Part shown: positions 16,315-28,184 of the stretch, one piece after another
How the letters are laid out: each line of letters opens with the position of its first letter
Numbering within the stretch: position 1 is the first letter of the stretch
NCBI GenBank assembly: GCA_964016885.1
Contig: OZ024742.1
Location: forward strand, 263,128,001-263,192,000
Reading direction: 5' to 3'
From: Eledone cirrhosa
Taxonomy: Eukaryota
Length of the DNA: 64,000 bases
Position numbers and translations under genes: made by a program
The notes under the pieces: generated by a model
What the model saw: only the letters and a program-made list of their open reading frames with translations
What the model was told of the DNA's origin: nothing
The model's database searches: none

Positions 16315-18534
16315 CTTTTTAATTCCAGACGAAATCCTCCTTCCAACAAAAATCTAGCACAATTCGAGGAAGAATTAACTAAAATTATAAAAAATCTTAA
16401 ATTCAAGAGATACCCTTACAAAGGACAAGAGCACCTTGTAAATCTCAAGAACACAATCTCTAACCTAAATTCCTCAAAAAATGTTTTAGTCCACTCTGAC
16501 AAAACCAATAACCTATATGGTATTTCCAAGGATAATTATAACAACCTTATCCTAAAGGAACTTAGGAAAAAGTATCGTAAAACCAACCATGAAAATTTAG
16601 AATGCATAAACCTTGAAGCCTATGAGATTATGTCAAAACTTGGCATTGAAAAAAAGACCGAACCATTCCTCCCAAGAACTCCGAGGATAAATCTCAAGGA
16701 TCACAAAAACAATTTTCGCACTGAACTACCTGTTAGATTAATCGCCCCCTCTAAATCTGATCTGGGGGTTGTTAGTAAAGCCATCTTGGATAGGATTATC
16801 CCACAGGTTAGTTCTAATTGCTCTTCTTTAAACCTAAATTTATGGTTTGGTACTTCTGAAGTGATTGGCTGGTTCAACAAATTGGATAATAAAAACAAAC
16901 TAAAATTTATTCAATTCGATATTGCCAGCTACTATTCCTCCATTTCGCCTTCACTTCTCAATAATGCTCTATCTTTCGCACTTAAATATTCTGACATCAC
17001 CACAGATGAACTTCACATCATCCTCACCGCACGTAAAACCATCCTAGAGTTCAACAACGAATATTGGACCAGAGCCGATACCTCTAACAACTTCGACATC
17101 ACAATGGGAGCATCCGATTCATCCCAATTGACTGATTTAATTGGTATCTTCATTTTGAACTCTTTGAGTCGGAAAATTCCTCAACTTCGCGGTGGAATTT
17201 ATCGTGACGATGGACTCTTTACTATCCTAAATTGCAATATAGTTAAACTTAATATTATTAAGAACAATATACGTAATCTCTTTAACCAACATAACCTAAA
17301 AATTGAATTTGATAATAGTACCAAACTAGCTAATTTCTTGGATGTATCTCTTAATCTTGACACTGGCCTATATTACCCTTACCATAAAAACAATGAGAAT
17401 CTTAATTATGTTAACTTTAAATCTAACCATCCTGCCAATATCAAGAATGCTATAGTTAATAATATTGGAAATAGAATATCTAACATATCTTCTAATAAAA
17501 ACATCTTTGATGCTAACGCCAATTACTATAATAACGCACTTTCTAAAGCCGGCTATCCAGATAAAATCAAATATAATAAAGAAACAAATTCTAGGAAAAC
17601 TTACAGTAGAATATTTAATCATAACCATTCCAATAATTTTAATAAAAGACCTAGATACAAAAACATAATCTGGTATAATGCTCCTTTCTCCATCTCTATT
17701 AATAACAATATTCCTAAATTATTTTTTAGTGCCTTAAATAAATGCTTCCCTCCCTCACATATCTATAGTAAAATATTTAACAAACACACCATTAAATTTT
17801 CGTATTCTACATCCTCCAATATTTCCAACATCATTTCTAAACACAACAACAAAATATTAAATACTAAATCTCTTCCTTCCAATATTGAATCTCATAATAA
17901 CAATAATAGTACTCCTGACGTCATTGTAAACCCTAGGCTAACTTCTGTAAACCCAAATGCAACGTCAAACACAACTTCGCTAAATGTTCATAATCCAACT
18001 CTAAATCAAGAAACTATTATTCCTATTATTCCTATCGCAAACAACTTCTCCAATCCAATTCCTTCTATAGATAACACTAGATCACTCATTAATAATCTCT
18101 CTAATTGCAACTGCCGCATTAAAAATAAATGTCCTCTCAACAACCATTGCCTCGATAAAAACTTAATTTATGAATGTAAAATTATAACTAGCACCAACTC
18201 CTTCACCTATTTTGGCTCCACTTCCACCTCTTTTAAAGCTCGTCTCTATAATCATCATTCATCTTTCAAATACAAACTTAAAAGAACTAACACTGCTCTC
18301 TCAGAACTCATATGGTCCTTAAAAGACAAAAACATTAAATATAACATCTTTTGGAAAAAGATTTCTTCTGCATCCTCGTACTTGAACAGTTCTCTATCTA
18401 AAATCTGTAATCTCTGCCTAAATGAAAAATTTACCATTATCTCTAACCTAGAATCCATAATAAATAGACGCTCGGATTTGTTTTCCATCTGCCTGCATAA
18501 ATTCCATAGAACTTTTCACAAAGTATACAGTTAA
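16309..18534 (+). CDS. PLE reverse transcriptase + GIY-YIG endonuclease (Naiad-type), 5'-truncated, uninterrupted
   Basis: Frame is open upstream of the tracked ATG at 16630 (FNSRRNPP..FEEEL..VHSDKTNNLY); protein identical to the left arm over the shared span. Confidence 0.9.
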   Translation, partial: DHLFNSRRNPPSNKNLAQFEEELTKIIKNLKFKRYPYKGQEHLVNLKNTISNLNSSKNVLVHSDKTNNLYGISKDNYNNLILKELRKKYRKTNHENLECINLEAYEIMSKLGIEKKTEPFLPRTPRINLKDHKNNFRTELPVRLIAPSKSDLGVVSKAILDRIIPQVSSNCSSLNLNLWFGTSEVIGWFNKLDNKNKLKFIQFDIASYYSSISPSLLNNALSFALKYSDITTDELHIILTARKTILEFNNEYWTRADTSNNFDITMGASDSSQLTDLIGIFILNSLSRKIPQLRGGIYRDDGLFTILNCNIVKLNIIKNNIRNLFNQHNLKIEFDNSTKLANFLDVSLNLDTGLYYPYHKNNENLNYVNFKSNHPANIKNAIVNNIGNRISNISSNKNIFDANANYYNNALSKAGYPDKIKYNKETNSRKTYSRIFNHNHSNNFNKRPRYKNIIWYNAPFSISINNNIPKLFFSALNKCFPPSHIYSKIFNKHTIKFSYSTSSNISNIISKHNNKILNTKSLPSNIESHNNNNSTPDVIVNPRLTSVNPNATSNTTSLNVHNPTLNQETIIPIIPIANNFSNPIPSIDNTRSLINNLSNCNCRIKNKCPLNNHCLDKNLIYECKIITSTNSFTYFGSTSTSFKARLYNHHSSFKYKLKRTNTALSELIWSLKDKNIKYNIFWKKISSASSYLNSSLSKICNLCLNEKFTIISNLESIINRRSDLFSICLHKFHRTFHKVYS

Positions 18535-19769
18535 TATTCAATTCTTTATCAATTTAGAATCTTTTCTCAAAGGCACATATACATACACCTCTTTAAAATA
18601 TACCCATCTACCTTACTTTAAAGGGCATTATACACTCTATAGTACTCGTTTACTCATTTACCTCATCCTATCTTCTCGTAAAACAATAACATTTGTTTTT
18701 GACATTTTGAATATTCATCCGCAATCATTATTATTTTTTTCCCTCTATCATAAATCTTTTTAATCTCAATTTCATCCTTAATTTATTATTATATATTTTT
18801 TTTAATATATACTCATATATTCTTTAAAATATACCCATCTACCTTACTTTAAAGGGCATTATACACTCTATAATACCCGTTTACTCATCACCCTCATTAT
18901 ATCTCCTCGTAAAACAATAACATTTGTTTTTGACATTTTGAGTATTCATCCGCAATCATTATTATTTTTTCTCTCTATCATAAATCTTTTTAATCTCAAT
19001 TTCATCCTTAATTTATTATTATTTTTTTCTCCCCATCAACGAACTCATTATTAATACATATGAATTCAATATAAAAACTCTAACTTCACATTATTTTTCT
19101 CAAATCCTATACATAAACTTTTTCTCTTTGCTAATTTTAAAATTCCTACATTTCTCCTTTTGAATATTCACCCACAATTATTATTTTTTTTTTTCTCTCT
19201 ATCTCCATACATAATCTCCCTTCGTTATTTTTTTCTCTCTATCTCCATACATAATTTCCCTTCGTTAATTTTCAAATTCCTTTAATTTATACATTATCTT
19301 CCAACGGTTCCCAACCTCTCTATATTAAAACATTATATCTTTTTCTCAGTTATAAAAACTATCTCTTTCTCTCTATCACCCATCTCTCCCTTTCCACCTT
19401 CACTCTCATCTCCTCCCCTTTTTTTCATCCTTTCCACCCCCACCCCTCCCTAAATATAATATATTTTTTCCTCGCACATATCCTCCCTTCGTTAATTTTC
19501 AAAATTTTTAATTTATACAATATCTTCCAACGGTTTTCAACCCCTCTATATAAAATATATCTCCTCTCTGTTATAAAAACTATCTCTTTCTCTCTATCAC
19601 CCATCTCTCCCTCTCATCTCCTTCCCTTTTCATCCTTTTCTCTCCCCCCCTCTCTAAATAAAATATTTTTCCCAATATCACACATCAATCTAAAACCACT
19701 TTTCATATGTTGATTTAAAACTGCACTATCAACAAGTGTTTTTTTTGGCCTTCATATCATGTTCTCCTG

Positions 19770-19836
19770 TTTTATCTGATGAAAACACAAATATTATTGT
19801 TTGATGATGTTTGTTTTTGAAATGCGCATAATAAAA
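19770..19836 (+). ncRNA. Type I hammerhead ribozyme of the Naiad PLE (right arm)
   Basis: TTTTAT-CTGATGA-long stem II-GAAA-TGCGCA-TA-ATAAAA; palindromic ATGCGCAT; predicted cut after 19830. Confidence 0.85.
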
Positions 19837-19876
19837 TATATTGAACTCCTTTAACCATCTTTTGATCTTATATTAT

Positions 19877-20640
<764 letters not shown>

Positions 20641-20791
20641 AAGATTCAGCCGTACTAGGAGTGAGAAATGAAATTTCGTTTCATTTTTTCCGTTTATATA
20701 TATATACATATATACATATATATATACATATATATATATATACATATATATATACGATAAATTAACGGACTCAGTATACATATATATATAT

Positions 20792-20831
<40 letters not shown>

Positions 20832-21848
20832 GAGCACTGGTTGGTTATAGAAGTAGTTATATATTATAAAGAACGAGGAATCAGTAATGTATCAAACCAC
20901 AATTTATTAACATATTACATATGTTTCTCCGTCGATCAGCTCGAGGCAGGATCTGTTACAGATCGAACCCGTCTCTGCATTCGAAAGTATCGAGTGCTCA
21001 ACCGGCATACCGCCTACGGACGCATTTACTCTGCAACCCTACAACAACTATATATATGATAAGAGGGTGTTAAAGTTTGCTTGAAGCATTGTGAAATATG
21101 TATATATATATATAGATATATTTCTTTATTAGCCACAGGGGCACAAAAGAAGGGGACAAATACAAAGGGGGAAGTTTACATACAATAAAAACGTGTAAAA
21201 TGTTATCACAGATGGAATTTAAAAGTTAGTCGATTTTCCCCAATAGAGGGAGACAGTTTATATGGGTAACACATACCCCCGAAAAAAAATGTGCAACCCT
21301 CATCTCCAGGAGTACGAAGAGCTTGTACTCCTTTCCTCTCCTCCTCCTTTCCTCTCCTCCTCCTTTTCCTCAACCTATAGGCTGATATAGATAGATAAAT
21401 TTAGCATATATACACACTTATATGTTAGGAGTACAGAAAAAAAAGATACATACATAGAAATAGAAGGGGTGGAGAAAGTGTCAAAACTGTTACTAACAAT
21501 ACATAAGATACATCAATCATAAGATACATGTAAGCATTAGGCAGTCTAACACAAACACGCGCACACGTAACATTCCCCCCTCACACACACACACCAACAT
21601 AATAGCTGAAAATGATATATATATATGTGTGTGCGTGTGTGTGTGTGTGTGTGTGTTAAGTATTTCCGTAAAAAAGTTAAAGGAAAAAAAGAGTGCTCTA
21701 TGTATTGTACAGAGCTATTTAATTACATAATAAACAACACAATATATTTATTTCATTACCGAAGTATCAAGAAACTAGATGATTCTTGCTAGAAATATCC
21801 AGTTCGTTCGTCAGTTCCACCGCCCCTGTACATTATGGCATATTTATA

Positions 21849-22666
21849 CAGGGTGGGGCATAAATTTGGAAGCAAATAAAAATGCTTTTTAGAAAAGAAA
21901 TTCCTAACTTTATTGACCAGCAACATATATATAATTATTCATAAATATCTTTAAAATATAATGTATAGAGTTTATTCAAAATGACCGTCCCTCGTGCAGC
22001 AGTAGCAGCCTAGAATCTCTATCGAACACCTTTCACCGAAGCATGCAACATTTCTTGGGGTTGTGTGTCTACCCAACAATAAAAATCTTTTCATCTGACC
22101 AGACAATTTCCTCCGCCATGCCACACTTCATTCTTAAAGCAAATTCTTGCTTTCCTCTAGCCATTTTTGTTTTGCCTTTTCAGAAAAAGTTTGTTTCTTC
22201 TGAAGAGTGAAAGAAGACAGTCCCAAGTCATCATTGATGATCCTTCTCATTGTCCTAGTGCTTATTCGGACCTCTTTTGCCATTTTTCTCATGGACCTTT
22301 TCGGATTTCTTCTTATCCTTTCTCAAACGGAGAGTAGGAGAACGTCTAGTTCACGGTCTTCCACTCCTGGGTCTATCCGGCAAATATTCTTGCTCTTTGA
22401 AACGCTTCACAGCTTTCCAAACAGTAGATCTTGCAACCAAAGGTATCTTTGCAATATCCGAATCTGATATTCCTGTTCGATGAAGTTTGAGTATCATTTC
22501 TCTATTGGGTGATTTTTTTCAAATTCTATAAGAAATTTAAACAAACTCCAATATGTTTACATAGACTAATGTTTTAACCCGAAAATAAAAGAAGATTAAT
22601 TATATACTTACAACACTTAGAAATCAAAATTTCAAAAAATTGCTTCTGAACTTATACTCCAGCCTG
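21849..22666 (-). mobile_element. Internally deleted Tc1/mariner-superfamily DNA transposon
   Basis: TA flanks; imperfect TIRs CAGGGTGGGGCATAAATTTGGAAGCAA / CAGGCTGGAGTATAAGTTCAGAAGCAA; remnants STVWKAVKRF, DRPRSGRP, IINDDLGL, VWSDEKIF. Confidence 0.85.
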
Positions 22667-22669
22667 TAC

Positions 22670-22702
<33 letters not shown>

Positions 22703-22802
22703 ACTGCCCGCCCAGCCAGTGGGATGGCGTCATCATATGGCTAAAACAGCACGTGCTGTGACCAGCGGCGCCGAATGGCGCCCGACAGACTGGTCGGTCA
22801 AG

Positions 22803-22837
<35 letters not shown>

Positions 22838-23668
22838 TATTTACGTCACATGTGTGTGTGTTCCTGCAACTGGTGCAGCCAGTCGGTGAGGTGTCCATCA
22901 TAACATTCCAAGTGGGCTTTAGAAATGCTTGGCGGTGCCTATCTCCTCTCCAAGCGTCCAGTTCCCAACTAAGTTCAGCAAAAACAATTACTGGGGTATG
23001 AATGAAAACTACCCCGGAACCAGAAATTAGAGACAGGCGAGGACCAATGTACACGTCCGTTCCTAATGATGCCAACACCGGTCATCAAAGTATTCTCTCT
23101 CCCCAAATATCCCGGTCTTGTAGCGGTACGACCGGTATTGCTATGTTTCTTCAAATCACTTCACTCTTCTATTTTCAAAGGAACATTACATAACGTTATG
23201 TCCAGAGCTGAATTAATCGTTTCACTCTACTTTCAAAGAGTATACGGCTCTGGGCATATACACAGTGTTTTACTTAGCTCTACAATAACAACAGTAGCAG
23301 CAGACGATGTGTAGGTAGATGTATAGACGTTGTTGTTATTGTTATTGTCTATTGCTGTGTTGCTCAAAAAGATATCTGCAGGATTGTTGTTTATCTCTGA
23401 AGCGTTGCATCAGAATGATAGCTTACGTTTTACTGTGTACAGAGGAATAGCTGAAAGCGTTTGCAATTCACGTTTCATTTTTGCATAGCTAAAGATATAT
23501 ACAGAGGTAAAGATATATATAGAGGGGAAAGGCGTAAAATACAAAAAGAGACAGATATATATAGTCATAGGTATTCTAACAGTTGTGGATTCTAATGATA
23601 TTCAATAGTGGCAATCTTCACGTTGATTTATATGTTGTAACAATTACTTTTACCAAATCGGTTTCGAG

Positions 23669-23741
<73 letters not shown>

Positions 23742-23861
23742 TTATTAAAATAACAGATTAAAATTTAAGCAAAGAATCGCTGCTTTCACCCTTAACGGAA
23801 TCTTCTGAAACCTTATCGAGCCCTCTTTGGATTTTAGTCTTCAAATTTATTATTATTACTA

Positions 23862-23919
<58 letters not shown>

Positions 23920-24004
23920 TTAAAAGTGACAAAGGCGCTGTGTGGTTACTAATAAATATTATTTAGAAAGCGTAAGAGAAACACAAACATAAGGACAGTT
24001 CCCG

Positions 24005-24070
24005 CTCGTCGGCTGTCTGCTGTGGGTCGCTGATGTTTTTGACGCATTAAAGACAGTACATCTCACCACA
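24005..24070 (-). ncRNA. Non-circularly permuted hammerhead, family B (core CCGACGA; GAAA mutated)
   Basis: TGTGG-TGA-GATG-TA-CTGTCT-ttaatgcgt-C-AAAAA-CATC-AGCGAC-CCACA-gc-AGACAG-CCGACGA-G. Confidence 0.6.
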
Positions 24071-24624
24071 CTGAGTTGATAACTAAGAGGAATAATTATC
24101 AGGGGAAAAAACAACAAAAACTGAGACAATAGCGAAGAGAACGACAGAAAAAGAAAATAAACAAAAGAAGAACATACTGATAGCGAGGGGGAAATACGAG
24201 ACAGTAGTACATGTAAGTTGCAGTAACCGATGGGAGAGAGGGAGGAGTTAAAAAGGAGACCGAACGTAAGCCCTGAATCCGTATTAACAGCACGCGGGAG
24301 AGCGAAGAGAAAATGGAAGTGAAAGGGGGGAAGTGGTAAGGGAGCAGAGAGAGAGGGGGAGGAGAAAGGTGATAGAGGATAAGAAAGAAACAGAATAAGT
24401 GAATGGGAGAGAGAGAGAGAGAGAGAGAGAGAAAGGGGGGAAGGAAAAGAGTTAACCCAAAATGGCAGAACTTAAGTTCAAAACCAGAATTAACAACAAG
24501 CGAGATAGAGTGGAGGTTACAGCAATAAATTAATATGAATTAAAAGTGACAAAGGCGCTGTGTGGTTACTAATAAATATTATTTAGAAAACGTAAGAGAA
24601 ATACAAACATGAGGACAATTCCCG

Positions 24625-24689
24625 CTCTTCGGCTGTCTGCTGTGGGTCGCTGATGTTTTGACGCATTAAAGACAGTACATCTCACCACA
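24625..24689 (-). ncRNA. Non-circularly permuted hammerhead, family B (core CCGAAGA; GAAA reads AAAA)
   Basis: Same layout; the G-to-A change lies at a CpG. Confidence 0.6.
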
Positions 24690-26362
24690 CTGAGTTGATA
24701 ACTAAGAGGAAGAGTTATTAGGGAAGAAAACAACAACAAAAACAGAGATGATAGCGAAGAGAACGACAAATATATATTTAGTTCAAGATAAAAAAAGATG
24801 GCACACACATTAAACCATTACACTGTCTTATTAGCTTCATGTATATTTCTACATGCTAGCATGGTACCCTTCTTCTTCGTCTTCGTCTTCTTGCTAATAA
24901 AAGAAACCATTATTACTGGCTTTAGTTCATTACGATCTGAGTTAATATTCTGAGATCGACTTTCATTCTTCCGGGTTCGATAAAATGGTGTCAATTTAAT
25001 CGAATAATTCCGTCCCCACATTTCTGGCTATGTGTTTGAATTGGAAACAACACATCATATAAAAAGGCGAGGGGAGAGAGCAAAAGAGATACAAAGAGAC
25101 TCAATTGGTTGAAGGGAGAGTACACAAACTGAGTAGAGTGGCAGACAGTGAGATAGAGAGGCAAATACGTATAGCATTAGTACAAAGTTAAATTTCATTT
25201 TCAACCTTCTTTTTTTCATCAATGGAATAGACATATATATACTTTTCCTGAATTTATTTGTTTCGTTTTCTCAAATCGGTAGAAATATATATTTTTAGCG
25301 TATATTAAATTTGTAATTTTTTTTTTCAATCTACGGGGAGATATGTACATTTTACATGTTTGCATAATCAATGTTTAAGTTGTAGCTACGTAATTATCGT
25401 ATATCTGTAATGTTACAGGTGTAGTGAATTCATTTATATTTCATTTACGCATTTTTATTTATTTATCTACTGTTACTAACAGTGTACTATGGCGAGTAAC
25501 ATTCTGGTATCCTTATATTACGTGTCCTCAATAATGTATTGTCTTTGTATGTATGAATATATGTATCTGTGTGTATTACAAAAAAGAAAGAGAAAAAAAT
25601 TATATAGCGAAAGCAAGGGAAAATGTAGAGAGTGACAGACTCTACAACCCAGCTGCACCGAGTGGACAAAATGGCGACGGTATTGCCACGAAGAACAGCC
25701 AGTGACCTCCGCCGCATCAGACACTCTACCTCGCGGAGCCCTTGCTCAGGCGGGATGTACTCCTCCTAGTTTTGCAGAGGAAGACAGCAGTTCGGGGTTC
25801 GAGGACACAAGTCGTCTTAACGACGACTGGCATTAAAAGAAAACGGTTGATCAAATCTAGGTATTTAGTTATCTCTCTTTCGCGTTACTGGCGCAAACAC
25901 CTGGTTCGTGCCTGAAACGACAAATGTTAGAGGTGGGGAACGTGTCGCAGCACGTGGCGTCCCAGATCAGTGATTTACCTCCCTCGCTTTTTGAAAAGGG
26001 CATCCCTTATAATTTATTGAGTTCAAGGAATAGATTCCAGGCTCTTTATAAATCAGCATAAAGAGAGAGAAGTACACATAGGGATGTGTTCAATCATAGG
26101 AGATCAAAAACCGCCAGAGTGATGAACATATTGTCTACGAAAGGAAAGGTGAATACAAATCAATTAAAAGAATAAATATATATATATACATATGCTTATG
26201 TGTGTGTGTGTGTGTGTGTGTGTATACACACATTTTTATATTGTTCGTGAGTTTCTCTTTCGCTTGAAAATTTCAACCGTGAGGAGAACATTGTAACTCT
26301 TCCAATAGAAGAGCAGTGTTTTGGCGTATGACACTATCCTAAAAAAACTAAATTAATATACA

Positions 26363-26459
26363 TCACGGCAGGATTTGAACTCAGAGCGTGCAATGAGGTG
26401 GGACGAATACCGTAAAGCACTTTATCCGACGTCTTAACGACTCTGCCAATTCGATGCCT
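26363..26459 (-). mobile_element. tRNA-derived SINE head resembling the octopus OK SINE
   Basis: A box TGGCAGAGTCG, B box GAGTTCAAATCC, intervening TGCTTTACGGTATTCGTC. Family match is from recall. Confidence 0.75.
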
Positions 26460-26496
26460 ATATACATATACGTATATATCGTATACATATATATAT

Positions 26497-26938
26497 ACTA
26501 GACCTGAAAAATGCGCAAGCTCAAAAGAGCCACAGAATGTTATAATAAACCTTCAAAAGTGTGGGACTAGAGTTGTTGCTCAAAAATATTGTTATCATTA
26601 TCTATCGTACACTCCGTGGCATCCTTTTATAAAAAAAGAGACTGATAACGAACTGAAGACGACACGATAATTATTTAAGCTAATGTTCAATATCTCATAT
26701 TAGATGTTTAGTAATGATTAATACGAAATGCACTTAAACCGAATTCTATATAAATTCACTTAAATAATTATCGTGTCGTCTTGAGTTCGTTATGAGTCTC
26801 CTTTTTTTTTTTATAAAAGGGTGCCACAGAGTGTACGATAGATAATGATTACAATATTTTTGAGCAACAACTCTAGTCCCACAGGTTTATTATAACATTC
26901 TGTGGCTCTTTTGAGCTTGCGCATTTTTCAGGTCTAGT
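26497..26938. mobile_element. MITE/foldback element with ~180 bp inverted repeats
   Basis: ACTAGACCTGAAAAATGCGCAAGC... / ...GCTTGCGCATTTTTCAGGTCTAGT; ~80 bp spacer. Confidence 0.75.
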
Positions 26939-27662
26939 TTAATATTTTTTAAGGCAACGCTTGTAATAACTCTAGTTAAACATGATATATATTAATAATA
27001 AATTATCGTTGTAATGTAATTAGATTATATAATTGTTATTATATAAATGATCTTATAAATATTATTGTAAAATGTATAAAAATATTTTCAGACTTTTAAT
27101 ATAAACAACTACAAAAAAACAATCAATATTAAATAAATATATTTTACATAATAATTGTTATAGTTGAATTAATAAAAATTAAATATTACATACAAATAGT
27201 CTAACATAATAATAATAAAATAATCTAACATAAAACGAACAATAATATGGACAAATATACAAGTGAATATGATACAACCAATATTATAAGCATGTTGTAA
27301 CGAACTGAAAATAAAATAGTTAATATAAATTTAAAAAATCATATATAAATTAACAATATAACTTACCAAAACGAGAAAAATATTTTGATGATAAACGACG
27401 AAATACAGGAGGAAGATTCGAAAGCGAAACGATAAATAAACGTGCAAACAAAGTGGCGGATGCTTTTGAGCAACAATTACTCTCATTGGTTGATTAGCCA
27501 ATAGGACGATGAAATTAGCCAATAAGACGATACATTACAAAAGATGTTTGGCAGGGATCAACACGGGCAGCGAAACCCCTTGAATTTTTTATTCACAAGC
27601 TACGCATATATGTCCGACATGCACACTTAAAACATTCTGTTGTTAGTCACTGCGTGTCTAAC

Positions 27663-27752
<90 letters not shown>

Positions 27753-27781
27753 ATATATGTGTGTGTATATATATATGTATG

Positions 27782-27884
<103 letters not shown>

Positions 27885-28184
27885 GTATATATATGTATAT
27901 ATATATATATGTGTGTATATATATATGTATATATATATATATGTATATATATGTATATATATTGGTAAACGGAATAGAAAATGCTGACAAATTGTTCACA
28001 GTTGAAAAATGGTTTAATTAGGAATAAAAGAGTATTAGTAATTGTATGGGTTAGTATTCAGTTGTGGTTTTAAGTTTTTAAGTTTTTACCGGTTGCGCAT
28101 TTCTAAATGCTTTTCAAAAATAATTTTGAGATAGAGTGTCCGTGTTGTTTGCTCTGATCAGAGCAAACAACACGGACACTCTAT

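Larger units (their letters stand above)
12838..19876. mobile_element. Naiad-type Penelope-like element as a head-to-head inverted duplication
   Basis: Arms 12929-16308 and 16498-19876 are near-perfect reverse complements; 189 bp spacer; (TA)n on both flanks. Confidence 0.93.
23914..24770 (-). mobile_element. Non-coding element family B with direct repeats (period 620 bp) carrying a rearranged hammerhead
   Basis: 23914-24150 repeated at 24534-24768; a further copy on the plus strand at ~37650-37905. Confidence 0.75.

Noticed and set aside
16309-18534. Selenoprotein-type Naiad (in-frame UGA plus SECIS)
   Set aside because: The ORF has no in-frame TGA, the conserved Cys residues are ordinary codons, and I recognised no SECIS.
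21740-21820. Minus-strand CTGACGA...GAAA as a hammerhead
   Set aside because: Stem I does not pair; at best a decayed remnant.
22833-23330. Short ORFs as host exons (also 24818-25021)
   Set aside because: No recognisable domain or convincing splice pattern.
26363-26459. tRNA genes at 26.4 kb and 51.6 kb
   Set aside because: A/B boxes without a complete cloverleaf; they match SINE heads, and the 51.6 kb copy continues into SINE body sequence.
27485-27523. Three clustered CCAAT boxes
   Set aside because: No associated transcript evidence; not enough to call a promoter.
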